Position numbers and translations under genes: made by a program. Under the pieces are notes generated by a model that ran no database searches, had not been told where the DNA came from, and saw only the letters and a list, made by a program, of their open reading frames with translations. This document shows positions 19,201 through 30,939 of a stretch of DNA of 64,000 nucleotides, piece after piece. Origin of the DNA: Laetmonice hystrix (Eukaryota); contig OZ249445.1 of assembly GCA_965235115.1 (NCBI GenBank), positions 21,638,001-21,702,000 on the forward strand. The letters run 5' to 3'. The first letter of the stretch is position 1, and each line of letters begins with the position of its first letter.

Positions 19201-21249
19201 GTTATTTGAGCCGGGCGAGACTGGCTCTGCATACCCCTTCGCGACCAGTTCCCTTATCTGAGTGGTATACAAAGCTCTGAGATCCTCGTCTCGAGTTAGG
19301 CGCCTGCCTAGCAACTTGAGTCTATGTTCGGCCATAGGTCGGTTGTCTGGCATGCATGGGGGTCTGTGTTTGAAGGGGATTCCAAAGGTGTAGTGACCAT
19401 CACTCAAACAAGCAGTATTGTCCCACTCCTCAAGAACTCTCCGATCAGCTACTGATTGGGGCGTGACTGAGTTTCCCATATCCTCCAGTTCCCAGAAGCG
19501 GCCGACCTGTTGCTCTAGGGCTACAAAGCACGAGTAGACTGTATGGCTCCTGGCATCTCCAATTGGTCCATTTATGGTCCATCCCAAGAGGGTTCTTGAA
19601 GCGTAGGGTTCGCCCGGTCCACCTGAACGGAGTTCCAAGGGCATGAGGGCCTGTGGTACGTCGTTACCGATTATCAAATGCACTTCGTTTGAATTGGTGT
19701 TTGGAATCTCTATGCCATCAAAGTGTTTCCACTTCCCGAGTTCCTTATCCGACACCAAGCTGGTCAGCCCAACATAGATATTTGGACGGACGTAAACTGT
19801 CCTCAGATCGATAATCGATTGTTCCTCCAGATCAGATGCCTGGAGCCGTATCGACGTGGTCTGAAGCTTTTCCTTCCCGCTTAGGGTCATTAAATCCAGG
19901 GTTTCACACCTTCGGGCCGCCCCGAGCCTGTCAGCCAGGTGATTAGAACAGAAAGTGGCGGTACTCCCTGGATCCAGAAGTGCATAGGTATCCACATAGG
20001 CTGGCGACTGTAGGCCACGGACTCTAACAGGTACAATAGGCAAGGCAATCTTGCCTTCACGGGCCCCAGCAAAGCTACAACTGACTGTCTGGGATGTGCT
20101 AGCGGAGGTCTGAGCTCTTGAAACGGCTGGTGTCGCTGCAGGGAGGACAGTGGAATCACCTGTGGTTGATTGATTTGCAGTCTGCACATCTGCAGTCCTA
20201 TTGGCATTTTCCCACCTCAGGTGCAAGAAACGGCTGTGTTTAAGGTTGCACCCATCAATTCCGCAAACAAATGACCGAGGACAATCTCTACCAAAATGAC
20301 CTACATTGAAGCAGTTCATACAACGACCTGTTGATCGCACTAGACCAATACGATCCTTGATCCTCATGGCTTTGAAAGCAGGGCATGCAACAATGGAGTG
20401 TTGATCACCACAACACCAGCAGAGGACTCTGGAGCCTGGATCCTGGGCTTGAGGGGCCATAGTAGCACCACCTGGCGCTTGGAGTGATGCTTGCACTGCA
20501 AAGCTTCCCTTGTTTCGCTGCTTCATGTCGACTTTCTTCTCAGAAGGCTTCCTCTCAGAGGTCAGATCAGCCAGTGCACCAAACACAGGATCGGAAACCT
20601 CGCTTGCTGCCAACTCAATGAACTTCACCACATCCTCCAAACTAGGCCTTCTGTGACGCTTTATCTCCTGGTTCTTGGATAACCAACGTGTTCTCAGGCG
20701 TTGCGGGAGCTTCTCGAGAATGGTCCTTAAATTTTGTGCACTTTCCAACTCGTGAAGATATCCCATCGTTTCCAGGGTTTCCTTGCAGCAGCGTAACACA
20801 TCTGCATACTCTTGGAGGCCAACATTGCCTGTCAACTGCGAATGATTACAGATCCTTTCAATCCAAGCCTGCGAGATTATATTTTCATCCCCAAACCGCT
20901 CTTTCAAGAGTTTTCTGGCAAGGCGATATCCATCAGGAGGTGGGAGTACTTCACAACACTGGAGCAAGTTGCGAGCCTTGCCTGTGCAATATTGTAACAG
21001 AGCATTAAGTTTGACGCCATCACTAATAGTGTCTCTCTCCAAGGTGTGATCAAACCGCCTGATAAACGACCAATACTGTAACGGATTTCCATCAAAGTAG
21101 GTCAATTCTGACTTTGGCAACTGCAGACTTTCCACCAAGGATTGGTGTTGCCGCTGTGTGGCGTCGAGCATGCTGTACAAGACATGTGAGACATCAGGAG
21201 ATCCCTGGGGCCCTATTGCAGATGGGTCCCATGAACGGTGTGACCTCAT
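16210..21249 (-). CDS. pol: ORF2 Gag-Pol, 1679 aa, unit 3, intact
   Basis: Same motifs; SNNEID variant (19203) shared with unit 1. Confidence 0.95.
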   Translation of the reverse strand: MRSHRSWDPSAIGPQGSPDVSHVLYSMLDATQRQHQSLVESLQLPKSELTYFDGNPLQYWSFIRRFDHTLERDTISDGVKLNALLQYCTGKARNLLQCCEVLPPPDGYRLARKLLKERFGDENIISQAWIERICNHSQLTGNVGLQEYADVLRCCKETLETMGYLHELESAQNLRTILEKLPQRLRTRWLSKNQEIKRHRRPSLEDVVKFIELAASEVSDPVFGALADLTSERKPSEKKVDMKQRNKGSFAVQASLQAPGGATMAPQAQDPGSRVLCWCCGDQHSIVACPAFKAMRIKDRIGLVRSTGRCMNCFNVGHFGRDCPRSFVCGIDGCNLKHSRFLHLRWENANRTADVQTANQSTTGDSTVLPAATPAVSRAQTSASTSQTVSCSFAGAREGKIALPIVPVRVRGLQSPAYVDTYALLDPGSTATFCSNHLADRLGAARRCETLDLMTLSGKEKLQTTSIRLQASDLEEQSIIDLRTVYVRPNIYVGLTSLVSDKELGKWKHFDGIEIPNTNSNEVHLIIGNDVPQALMPLELRSGGPGEPYASRTLLGWTINGPIGDARSHTVYSCFVALEQQVGRFWELEDMGNSVTPQSVADRRVLEEWDNTACLSDGHYTFGIPFKHRPPCMPDNRPMAEHRLKLLGRRLTRDEDLRALYTTQIRELVAKGYAEPVSPGSNNEIDGYVNYIPHHAVTRPRKPEKVRVVFDCAAKFRGVSLNDKVHQGPDLTNKLVGVLIRFRQEPVAFMADVESMFHQVRVTPQDRDMLRFLWWQNDDPNQEPATYRMTAHLFGGVWSPSAANYALRKCADDNRDRFDDVAIKTVQRNFYVDDCLKAVDGLPAAIRLSQQLRGLLKTGGFRLAKWISNSRELLKTIPLEDHAKGIASLDLDRGSLPSERALGVLWKLEEDVFGYDVTPTRKPVTKRGILSTLSSVYDPLGFVCPFVLRAKLIFQETCRLTTTWDESVPDGLSLQWARWLGDLPNIASFTVPRCLKPSRPMISAQLHHFADASTGAYGAVSYLRVVDVDQVIHMGLLAAKAKLAPMKTTTVPRLELTAAVEAVKLDRMLREDLEIPLLRSVFWTDSTIVLWYLANEDKRFQTFVANRVAQIMEISKPSQWRHVRTEDNPADDCSRGLTATELCHSERWLIGPEFLYRTEDSWPVSPVKGNLPPDEAEVKKDAQVYATEDHQASIIDQLLAKYSSWYRLCKSVGWLLRFVGYLGNRCKAPDAHEHRWLTTADLRAAEAAIVRYIQRQALSKDTLRSNRYERLAPTLSSEGVLCVGGRLARADLPQDRRHPWIVPAKHHVARLIVGHYHIKLGHAGVERVLAEIRLRYWLVSGRSVVRAVIGQCVPCKRARACAMRQQMADLPADRVTPGDPPFSMVGVDYFGPIIVRRGRTEVKRYGCLFTCLTTRAVHLEVATSLDTDAYLNALHRFMARRGQPKVIRSDNGTNFVGAKAELGRALKEWNQGKICEALLQREVQWVFNPPGASHMGGVWERQIRTVRAILTALLQQQRLDDDSLNTLFCVTESIVNGRPITKLSDDPNDDTPLTPNHLLLLRSGPTLPPCLTAKQDLYRRRWRQVQYLADVFWSRWTKEYLPLLQERQKWTTIERDVRVGDLVLVRHEAMPRYRWPLGLVTQIYPGRDNRVRSAQIRFNGSLYDRPITKLCLLEAAPVP

Positions 21250-22445
21250 TGGGTCATCAGTGGAACTGGTGTGTGGGCTTGACGGCTGCCCCCCTGGGAG
21301 TGCCTCGTGGCAGACATAGGTGTAGAGGAAGTGAGGTCCTCTCCCCTGGGGTTCCCGTCTGGTTTCTTATTCGTGGAACTTGGGTTTGGGTTTGACGGCC
21401 AGCCCCCCTGGGAGTACCTCGGGGCAGACATAGGTGTAGATGAAATGAGGTCATCTCCCCTGGGGTTCCCGTCTGGTTTCTTATCCGTGGAACTTGGGTT
21501 TGGGTTTGACGGCCAGCCCCCCTGGGAGTACCTCGGGGCAGACATAGGTGTAGATGAAATGAGGTCATCTCCCCTGGGGTTCCCGTCAGGTTTCTTATCC
21601 ATGGAACTGGGTTTTGGGTTTGACGGCCAGCCCCCCTGGGAGTACCTCGGTGCAGACATAGGTGTAGAGGAAGTGAGATCATCTCCCCTGGGGTTCCCGT
21701 CAGGTTTCTTATCCATGGAACTGAGTTTTGGGTTTGACGGCCAGCCCCCCTGGGAGTACCTCGGGGCAGACATAGGTGTAGAGGAAGTGAGGTCATCTCC
21801 CCTGGGGTTCCCGTCAGGTTTCTCTTCATCCCACTCATCCAGTTCTCGATGCATCCTTTGCAGTTCCAAATAACGTTCCCTTTGTTCCTGCTTGAATTGT
21901 ATCTCCAGCTTAATTCTCTCTCGTTTCAACTTGCTCTCCCGTTCCATTAGCTCCCGCTTTAATTCGTAATCCCGGATCATCAGGTCTTCACGAACGCGCA
22001 GCTCATTCAGTTGTGCCTCGCTGTGCCGCACAGACTGTTCCAGGTCGGTCTCGGTATCCTCGGGTTCAGTCTCTTTTGCTGTATCAGCTACAACATCAAC
22101 AGGTGTGGTCAGCACACCTCCATCATCCCCTTGTCCATCTTTAGTGTCCTTAATCCAGAGGTTGAGGGATTCACGAAACTGATCAAACATGAACTTGGCT
22201 TCTTTGAGGTAATTGTTTGAACTCTCAATCTCCTTCGTTTCAGTCAGCACTCCATGGTACTCATTTTGTGCGTCCACAAATCGCCGGTATGCACTGTCAA
22301 ACTCGTCTGCCAAGGCTGTGACCTGAGGGAGATTCTGTTTTGATTCCATAAGGTTATCGGCCCGAGTTGTTAAGCGGGTGACTGCAGCCTTTGCTATTCC
22401 TCTCCTTTTCCTTAACGGCTCTTGGACATTTTCTTTAGCTGCCAT
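21246..22445 (-). CDS. gag: ORF1 Gag N-terminal region, unit 3
   Basis: 399 aa; private E>K variant (22151). Confidence 0.85.
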   Translation of the reverse strand: MAAKENVQEPLRKRRGIAKAAVTRLTTRADNLMESKQNLPQVTALADEFDSAYRRFVDAQNEYHGVLTETKEIESSNNYLKEAKFMFDQFRESLNLWIKDTKDGQGDDGGVLTTPVDVVADTAKETEPEDTETDLEQSVRHSEAQLNELRVREDLMIRDYELKRELMERESKLKRERIKLEIQFKQEQRERYLELQRMHRELDEWDEEKPDGNPRGDDLTSSTPMSAPRYSQGGWPSNPKLSSMDKKPDGNPRGDDLTSSTPMSAPRYSQGGWPSNPKPSSMDKKPDGNPRGDDLISSTPMSAPRYSQGGWPSNPNPSSTDKKPDGNPRGDDLISSTPMSAPRYSQGGWPSNPNPSSTNKKPDGNPRGEDLTSSTPMSATRHSQGGSRQAHTPVPLMTQ

Positions 22446-22483
22446 GGCTGGTTTTGATCCTTGGGTAGTGAATTTGTACTTAA

Positions 22484-23040
22484 TGTAAGCAACGGGAATT
22501 CACATGGATTCACAACTAACTGGTCCTTGGCTTGACTACTTTTATTTTCCTAGCCTCAGCCTCAGAGTCTCCCCAGCAAACCGTCACTCGTACACAATGA
22601 CTCGCTGACACGTACGGTACAAACTGTAAATAAAGCAAAAGATACTTGCTAGTCCAATATTTATAACCATTAGGCTAGACGTTCCCACTACATTAACCGA
22701 AACTCGAAACCAGAAGCCCCAAACACGTGGGGGCGATAATAGGGTTATTATTGGAGACGGAGATATTTTAGAGGTTTGTGTCGAAGGAGAAGAAAAACCA
22801 GTACATATATATTAGACCCAAGAAGACATCAATACAAACTTAGTTCAAAGAAACTCACTTCACTGGGTTCCCATGGGTGAACATTATTCTAGAGGCTAAA
22901 CCCAAACTGTCGAGGACCACGCTAGTGCCGTCACAATCTCCGTGTTTTTTCTCCCCTCTCCTCACCAGAGGGCACCCCATATCCCTCGCTCACCAGAGGG
23001 CTCCACCAACTGGCTTGCCGCCTAGCAGTCAAACCTAACA
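22484..23040 (-). repeat. LTR copy 3
   Basis: Same sequence as 374..930. Confidence 0.8.
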
Positions 23041-23579
23041 TTTCCCGGCCCCCAATGCCACTATAAGGGGCATTCCTAACTAATAATAAACAAACTGCTG
23101 CCCCACACTAAACGACAAAAGATTCACCTGACAAATACATATGCCGGGTACCAAACCCATCAGGCAAAAAAAAACATCAAAAAGGTGGGACTGAACACTC
23201 GCAGAAACACTAGTTCTGCAATTCCACTGATATAGTCAAATGTTCCAATGGTATATTCAAAAGGCTCCGCTGGTACAGTCAAAAGTTCCAATGGTATATT
23301 CAAAGGCTCCGCTGGTATAGTCAAATGTTCCAATGGTATATTCAGCAACTCCAAGAGTACACCAGTCAGCTTACGGAAAAGTTTCCATAGGTTCAGTAAC
23401 ACAAAGAGGCAAAGTCAACCTTGGTGCAAACCAGGTACAAAGGTATACAAAAAATCTAACCACAATGGCCAGTGCTGACAATAAATTCTCCCAGTGGTTG
23501 ACATGACATAGGTGTACAGGAACAAACAATACTCCTGATAATACAGTACTAAACGTTCCTGTTTGAAAACAGGTGTTCC

Positions 23580-26500
23580 TTAAGGAACAGGTGCTGCCTC
23601 AAGCAAGCACAGCTTGGTAATCGGTCGGTCATAGAGAGACCCATTAAATCTGATCTGTGCAGAACGAACTCGGTTGTCTCGTCCGGGGTAGATCTGAGTA
23701 ACCAGACCAAGAGGCCACCGGTACCGCGGCATGGCCTCATGTCGAACCAACACCAGGTCTCCAACGCGGACATCCCTTTCAATGGTTGTCCACTTTTGTC
23801 GCTCCTGCAACAAAGGCAAGTACTCTTTGGTCCAACGTGACCAAAACACATCGGCCAGGTACTGGACCTGGCGCCAACGGCGTCGATACAGATCTTGTTT
23901 GGCAGTCAAACAAGGTGGCAAGGTGGGCCCAGACCGCAGCAGCAGCAAATGGTTTGGGGTCAGAGGCGTGTCATCGTTGGGGTCGTCAGACAACTTGGTT
24001 ATAGGTCTCCCATTTACTATGCTTTCTGTAACACAGAATAGGGTGTTGAGGGAGTCATCGTCCAACCTTTGTTGTTGTAGGAGAGCTGTCAGAATGGCCC
24101 TCACGGTGCGGATTTGCCGCTCCCACACCCCTCCCATGTGGGAGGCCCCAGGAGGGTTGAACACCCACTGGACTTCCCTCTGCAGCAGAGCTTCACAGAT
24201 CTTGCCTTGGTTCCACTCCTTAAGTGCCCTCCCCAACTCTGCCTTAGCCCCAACAAAGTTGGTGCCGTTGTCCGAGCGAATGACCTTGGGCTGACCCCGA
24301 CGCGCCATAAACCGATGAAGGGCATTCAGATAGGCATCCGTGTCGAGAGAAGTAGCCACTTCCAAATGAACTGCGCGAGTTGTGAGGCAAGTAAACAGGC
24401 ATCCATATCGCTTCACTTCGGTGCACCCTCGTCTCACAATGATTGGTCCAAAATAATCAACACCCACCATGCTGAAAGGAGGGTCTCCAGGTGTAACTCT
24501 GTCGGCAGGTAGGTCAGCCATCTGCTGCCTCATGGCACATGCTCGTGCCCGTTTGCATGGGACACACTGTCCAATGACAGCTCGAACAACGGAACGTCCG
24601 CTTACAAGCCAATAACGAAGCCTTATCTCCGCTAGAACCCGCTCGACCCCAGCGTGTCCCAATTTGATGTGGTAATGGCCCACAATGAGCCGGGCCACGT
24701 GATGCTTGGCAGGCACAATCCAAGGATGCCTTCTGTCCTGTGGGAGGTCTGCTCTGGCAAGCCTGCCTCCTACACATAATACTCCCTCGGAAGAGAGAGT
24801 GGGTGCTAGTCTCTCATATCGGTTAGATCTCAGGGTGTCCTTACTGAGGGCTTGCCGCTGAATGTACCGCACTATCGCAGCTTCCGCAGCCCGCAGGTCA
24901 GCAGTAGTTAACCACCGGTGTTCATGAGCATCAGGTGCCTTGCACCGATTCCCAAGGTAGCCCACGAAACGCAACAACCAACCAACAGACTTGCACAAGC
25001 GGTACCATGAGGAATACTTGGCTAGCAGCTGGTCAATGATAGACGCCTGGTGGTCCTCCGTGGCATACACCTGCGCATCCTTCTTCACTTCTGCTTCATC
25101 AGGTGGTAGGTTTCCCTTGACTGGAGAAACTGGCCAGGAGTCCTCAGTCCGGTAGAGGAACTCAGGCCCTATGAGCCAACGCTCAGAGTGGCATAGTTCA
25201 GTAGCGGTGAGACCACGGGAGCAATCATCAGCAGGGTTGTCTTCCGTCCTGACATGTCTCCATTGCGAGGGTTTGCTGATTTCCATGATTTGGGCCACGC
25301 GATTAGCCACAAAGGTCTGAAAACGCTTATCTTCATTGGCTAGGTACCACAGGACAATTGTGGAGTCTGTCCAAAAAACAGACCTCAACAGAGGGATTTC
25401 TAGGTCTTCCCTCAGCATACGGTCCAACTTGACCGCTTCCACGGCTGCCGTCAGCTCAAGCCTAGGAACAGTTGTAGTTTTCATAGGCGCTAGCTTGGCC
25501 TTTGCAGCCAGAAGACCCATGTGAATGACCTGGTCAACATCCACAACACGCAAATAACTGACAGCTCCATAAGCTCCAGTCGACGCGTCGGCAAAGTGGT
25601 GCAATTGGGCTGATATCATGGGACGACTGGGCTTCAGACAGCGAGGAACAGTGAAACTGGCAATGTTTGGCAAGTCTCCAAGCCACCGTGCCCATTGCAG
25701 AGACAGTCCGTCAGGCACACTTTCGTCCCAAGTGGTAGTCAAGCGGCAGGTTTCCTGGAAGATCAGCTTGGCCCGCAGGACGAACGGGCATACGAAACCC
25801 AAGGGATCGTATACCGAGCTAAGAGTGCTGAGAATTCCCCGTTTAGTAACAGGCTTCCTCGTTGGAGTGACGTCATAACCAAACACATCCTCCTCAAGCT
25901 TCTCAGTGCTCTCTCGGAGGGCAAGGATCCCCGGTCCAAGTCCAGGCTGGCAATACCTTTGGCGTGATCCTCCAGGGGGATAGTCTTGAGTAGTTCTCTT
26001 GAATTGCTGATCCATTTAGCGAGCCGAAACCCGCCCGTTTTTAGCAAACCACGAAGTTGTTGTGACAATCTGATGGCAGCAGGCAGTCCATCAACTGCTT
26101 TAAGACAGTCATCAACATAAAAGTTTCGTTGGACCGTCTTGATGGCTACATCATCAAACCGGTCCCTATTGTCATCTGCACATTTTCTGAGTGCATAATT
26201 TGCCGCACTGGGTGACCACACGCCACCAAACAAATGCGCTGTCATCCTGTATGTGGCAGGTTCCTGGTTCGGGTCGTCATTCTGCCACCAGAGGAAACGG
26301 AGCATATCACGGTCTTGGGGTGTGACTCTAACCTGGTGGAACATGGATTCCACATCAGCCATGAATGCCACGGGCTCCTGCCTAAATCTTATCAAGACGC
26401 CGACTAACTTGTTGGTGAGATCAGGACCCTGATGCACTTTATCGTTTAGGGAGACTCCTCGGAACTTTGCCGCACAATCAAACACGACGCGGACTTTCTC

Positions 26501-28609
26501 CGGCTTCCGGGGGCGAGTTACTGCGTGATGGGGAATGTAGTTGACATAGCCATCAATTTCGTCATTTGAGCCGGGCGAGACTGGCTCTGCATACCCCTTC
26601 GCGACCAGTTCCCTTATCTGAGTGGTATACAAAGCTCTGAGATCCTCGTCTCGAGTTAGGCGCCTGCCTAGCAACTTGAGTCTATGTTCGGCCATAGGTC
26701 GGTTGTCTGGCATGCATGGGGGTCTGTGTTTGAAGGGGATTCCAAAGGTGTAGTGACCATCACTCAAACAAGCAGTATTGTCCCACTCCTCAAGAACTCT
26801 CCGATCAGCTACTGATTGGGGCGTGACTGAGTTTCCCATATCCTCCAGTTCCCAGAAGCGGCCGACCTGTTGCTCTAGGGCTACAAAGCACGAGTAGACT
26901 GTATGGCTCCTGGCATCTCCAATTGGTCCATTTATGGTCCATCCCAAGAGGGTTCTTGAAGCGTAGGGTTCGCCCGGTCCACCTGAACGGAGTTCCAAGG
27001 GCATGAGGGCCTGTGGTACGTCGTTACCGATTATCAAATGCACTTCGTTTGAATTGGTGTTTGGAATCTCTATGCCATCAAAGTGTTTCCACTTCCCGAG
27101 TTCCTTATCCGACACCAAGCTGGTCAGCCCAACATAGATATTTGGACGGACGTAAACTGTCCTCAGATCGATAATCGATTGTTCCTCCAGATCAGATGCC
27201 TGGAGCCGTATCGACGTGGTCTGAAGCTTTTCCTTCCCGCTTAGGGTCATTAAATCCAGGGTTTCACACCTTCGGGCCGCCCCGAGCCTGTCAGCCAGGT
27301 GATTAGAACAGAAAGTGGCGGTACTCCCTGGATCCAGAAGTGCATAGGTATCCACATAGGCTGGCGACTGTAGGCCACGGACTCTAACAGGTACAATAGG
27401 CAAGGCAATCTTGCCTTCACGGGCCCCAGCAAAGCTACAACTGACTGTCTGGGATGTGCTAGCGGAGGTCTGAGCTCTTGAAACGGCTGGTGTCGCTGCA
27501 GGGAGGACAGTGGAATCACCTGTGGTTGATTGATTTGCAGTCTGCACATCTGCAGTCCTATTGGCATTTTCCCACCTCAGGTGCAAGAAACGGCTGTGTT
27601 TAAGGTTGCACCCATCAATTCCGCAAACAAATGACCGAGGACAATCTCTACCAAAATGACCTACATTGAAGCAGTTCATACAACGACCTGTTGATCGCAC
27701 TAGACCAATACGATCCTTGATCCTCATGGCTTTGAAAGCAGGGCATGCAACAATGGAGTGTTGATCACCACAACACCAGCAGAGGACTCTGGAGCCTGGA
27801 TCCTGGGCTTGAGGGGCCATAGTAGCACCACCTGGCGCTTGGAGTGATGCTTGCACTGCAAAGCTTCCCTTGTTTCGCTGCTTCATGTCGACTTTCTTCT
27901 CAGAAGGCTTCCTCTCAGAGGTCAGATCAGCCAGTGCACCAAACACAGGATCGGAAACCTCGCTTGCTGCCAACTCAATGAACTTCACCACATCCTCCAA
28001 ACTAGGCCTTCTGTGACGCTTTATCTCCTGGTTCTTGGATAACCAACGTGTTCTCAGGCGTTGCGGGAGCTTCTCGAGAATGGTCCTTAAATTTTGTGCA
28101 CTTTCCAACTCGTGAAGATATCCCATCGTTTCCAGGGTTTCCTTGCAGCAGCGTAACACATCTGCATACTCTTGGAGGCCAACATTGCCTGTCAACTGCG
28201 AATGATTACAGATCCTTTCAATCCAAGCCTGCGAGATTATATTTTCATCCCCAAACCGCTCTTTCAAGAGTTTTCTGGCAAGGCGATATCCATCAGGAGG
28301 TGGGAGTACTTCACAACACTGGAGCAAGTTGCGAGCCTTGCCTGTGCAATATTGTAACAGAGCATTAAGTTTGACGCCATCACTAATAGTGTCTCTCTCC
28401 AAGGTGTGATCAAACCGCCTGATAAACGACCAATACTGTAACGGATTTCCATCAAAGTAGGTCAATTCTGACTTTGGCAACTGCAGACTTTCCACCAAGG
28501 ATTGGTGTTGCCGCTGTGTGGCGTCGAGCATGCTGTACAAGACATGTGAGACATCAGGAGATCCCTGGGGCCCTATTGCAGATGGGTCCCATGAACGGTG
28601 TGACCTCAT
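23580..28609 (-). pseudogene. pol: ORF2 of unit 4, frameshifted by a net -10 bp indel after the RT core (fragments 25763..28609 and 23580..26015)
   Basis: aagcttctcagtgct replaces aagcttccatagcactcccagtgct at ~25902-25904. Confidence 0.93.
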
Positions 28610-29805
28610 TGGGTCATCAGTGGAACTGGTGTGTGGGCTTGACGGCTGCCCCCCTGGGAGTGCCTCGTGGCAGACATAGGTGTAGAGGAAGTGAGGTCCT
28701 CTCCCCTGGGGTTCCCGTCTGGTTTCTTATTCGTGGAACTTGGGTTTGGGTTTGACGGCCAGCCCCCCTGGGAGTACCTCGGGGCAGACATAGGTGTAGA
28801 TGAAATGAGGTCATCTCCCCTGGGGTTCCCGTCTGGTTTCTTATCCGTGGAACTTGGGTTTGGGTTTGACGGCCAGCCCCCCTGGGAGTACCTCGGGGCA
28901 GACATAGGTGTAGATGAAATGAGGTCATCTCCCCTGGGGTTCCCGTCAGGTTTCTTATCCATGGAACTGGGTTTTGGGTTTGACGGCCAGCCCCCCTGGG
29001 AGTACCTCGGTGCAGACATAGGTGTAGAGGAAGTGAGATCATCTCCCCTGGGGTTCCCGTCAGGTTTCTTATCCATGGAACTGAGTTTTGGGTTTGACGG
29101 CCAGCCCCCCTGGGAGTACCTCGGGGCAGACATAGGTGTAGAGGAAGTGAGGTCATCTCCCCTGGGGTTCCCGTCAGGTTTCTCTTCATCCCACTCATCC
29201 AGTTCTCGATGCATCCTTTGCAGTTCCAAATAACGTTCCCTTTGTTCCTGCTTGAATTGTATCTCCAGCTTAATTCTCTCTCGTTTCAACTTGCTCTCCC
29301 GTTCCATTAGCTCCCGCTTTAATTCGTAATCCCGGATCATCAGGTCTTCACGAACGCGCAGCTCATTCAGTTGTGCCTCGCTGTGCCGCACAGACTGTTC
29401 CAGGTCGGTCTCGGTATCCTCGGGTTCAGTCTCTTTTGCTGTATCAGCTACAACATCAACAGGTGTGGTCAGCACACCTCCATCATCCCCTTGTCCATCT
29501 TTAGTGTCCTCAATCCAGAGGTTGAGGGATTCACGAAACTGATCAAACATGAACTTGGCTTCTTTGAGGTAATTGTTTGAACTCTCAATCTCCTTCGTTT
29601 CAGTCAGCACTCCATGGTACTCATTTTGTGCGTCCACAAATCGCCGGTATGCACTGTCAAACTCGTCTGCCAAGGCTGTGACCTGAGGGAGATTCTGTTT
29701 TGATTCCATAAGGTTATCGGCCCGAGTTGTTAAGCGGGTGACTGCAGCCTTTGCTATTCCTCTCCTTTTCCTTAACGGCTCTTGGACATTTTCTTTAGCT
29801 GCCAT
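28606..29805 (-). CDS. gag: ORF1 Gag N-terminal region, unit 4
   Basis: 399-aa copy. Confidence 0.85.
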   Translation of the reverse strand: MAAKENVQEPLRKRRGIAKAAVTRLTTRADNLMESKQNLPQVTALADEFDSAYRRFVDAQNEYHGVLTETKEIESSNNYLKEAKFMFDQFRESLNLWIEDTKDGQGDDGGVLTTPVDVVADTAKETEPEDTETDLEQSVRHSEAQLNELRVREDLMIRDYELKRELMERESKLKRERIKLEIQFKQEQRERYLELQRMHRELDEWDEEKPDGNPRGDDLTSSTPMSAPRYSQGGWPSNPKLSSMDKKPDGNPRGDDLTSSTPMSAPRYSQGGWPSNPKPSSMDKKPDGNPRGDDLISSTPMSAPRYSQGGWPSNPNPSSTDKKPDGNPRGDDLISSTPMSAPRYSQGGWPSNPNPSSTNKKPDGNPRGEDLTSSTPMSATRHSQGGSRQAHTPVPLMTQ

Positions 29806-29843
29806 GGCTGGTTTTGATCCTTGGGTAGTGAATTTGTACTTAA

Positions 29844-30400
29844 TGTAAGCAACGGGAATTCACATGGATTCACAACTAACTGGTCCTTGGCTTGACTACT
29901 TTTATTTTCCTAGCCTCAGCCTCAGAGTCTCCCCAGCAAACCGTCACTCGTACACAATGACTCGCTGACACGTACGGTACAAACTGTAAATAAAGCAAAA
30001 GATACTTGCTAGTCCAATATTTATAACCATTAGGCTAGACGTTCCCACTACATTAACCGAAACTCGAAACCAGAAGCCCCAAACACGTGGGGGCGATAAT
30101 AGGGTTATTATTGGAGACGGAGATATTTTAGAGGTTTGTGTCGAAGGAGAAGAAAAACCAGTACATATATATTAGACCCAAGAAGACATCAATACAAACT
30201 TAGTTCAAAGAAACTCACTTCACTGGGTTCCCATGGGTGAACATTATTCTAGAGGCTAAACCCAAACTGTCGAGGACCACGCTAGTGCCGTCACAATCTC
30301 CGTGTTTTTTCTCCCCTCTCCTCACCAGAGGGCACCCCATATCCCTCGCTCACCAGAGGGCTCCACCAACTGGCTTGCCGCCTAGCAGTCAAACCTAACA
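29844..30400 (-). repeat. LTR copy 4
   Basis: Same sequence as 374..930. Confidence 0.8.
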
Positions 30401-30939
30401 TTTCCCGGCCCCCAATGCCACTATAAGGGGCATTCCTAACTAATAATAAACAAACTGCTGCCCCACACTAAACGACAAAAGATTCACCTGACAAATACAT
30501 ATGCCGGGTACCAAACCCATCAGGCAAAAAAAAACATCAAAAAGGTGGGACTGAACACTCGCAGAAACACTAGTTCTGCAATTCCACTGATATAGTCAAA
30601 TGTTCCAATGGTATATTCAAAAGGCTCCGCTGGTACAGTCAAAAGTTCCAATGGTATATTCAAAGGCTCCGCTGGTATAGTCAAATGTTCCAATGGTATA
30701 TTCAGCAACTCCAAGAGTACACCAGTCAGCTTACGGAAAAGTTTCCATAGGTTCAGTAACACAAAGAGGCAAAGTCAACCTTGGTGCAAACCAGGTACAA
30801 AGGTATACAAAAAATCTAACCACAATGGCCAGTGCTGACAATAAATTCTCCCAGTGGTTGACATGACATAGGTGTACAGGAACAAACAATACTCCTGATA
30901 ATACAGTACTAAACGTTCCTGTTTGAAAACAGGTGTTCC

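Larger units (their letters stand above)
15114..23040 (-). mobile_element. Bel/Pao unit 3
   Basis: Copy at +14740; ORF2 intact. Confidence 0.93.
22484..30400 (-). mobile_element. Bel/Pao unit 4 (defective pol)
   Basis: 7360-bp unit with a net 10-bp deletion at ~25903. Confidence 0.93.
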
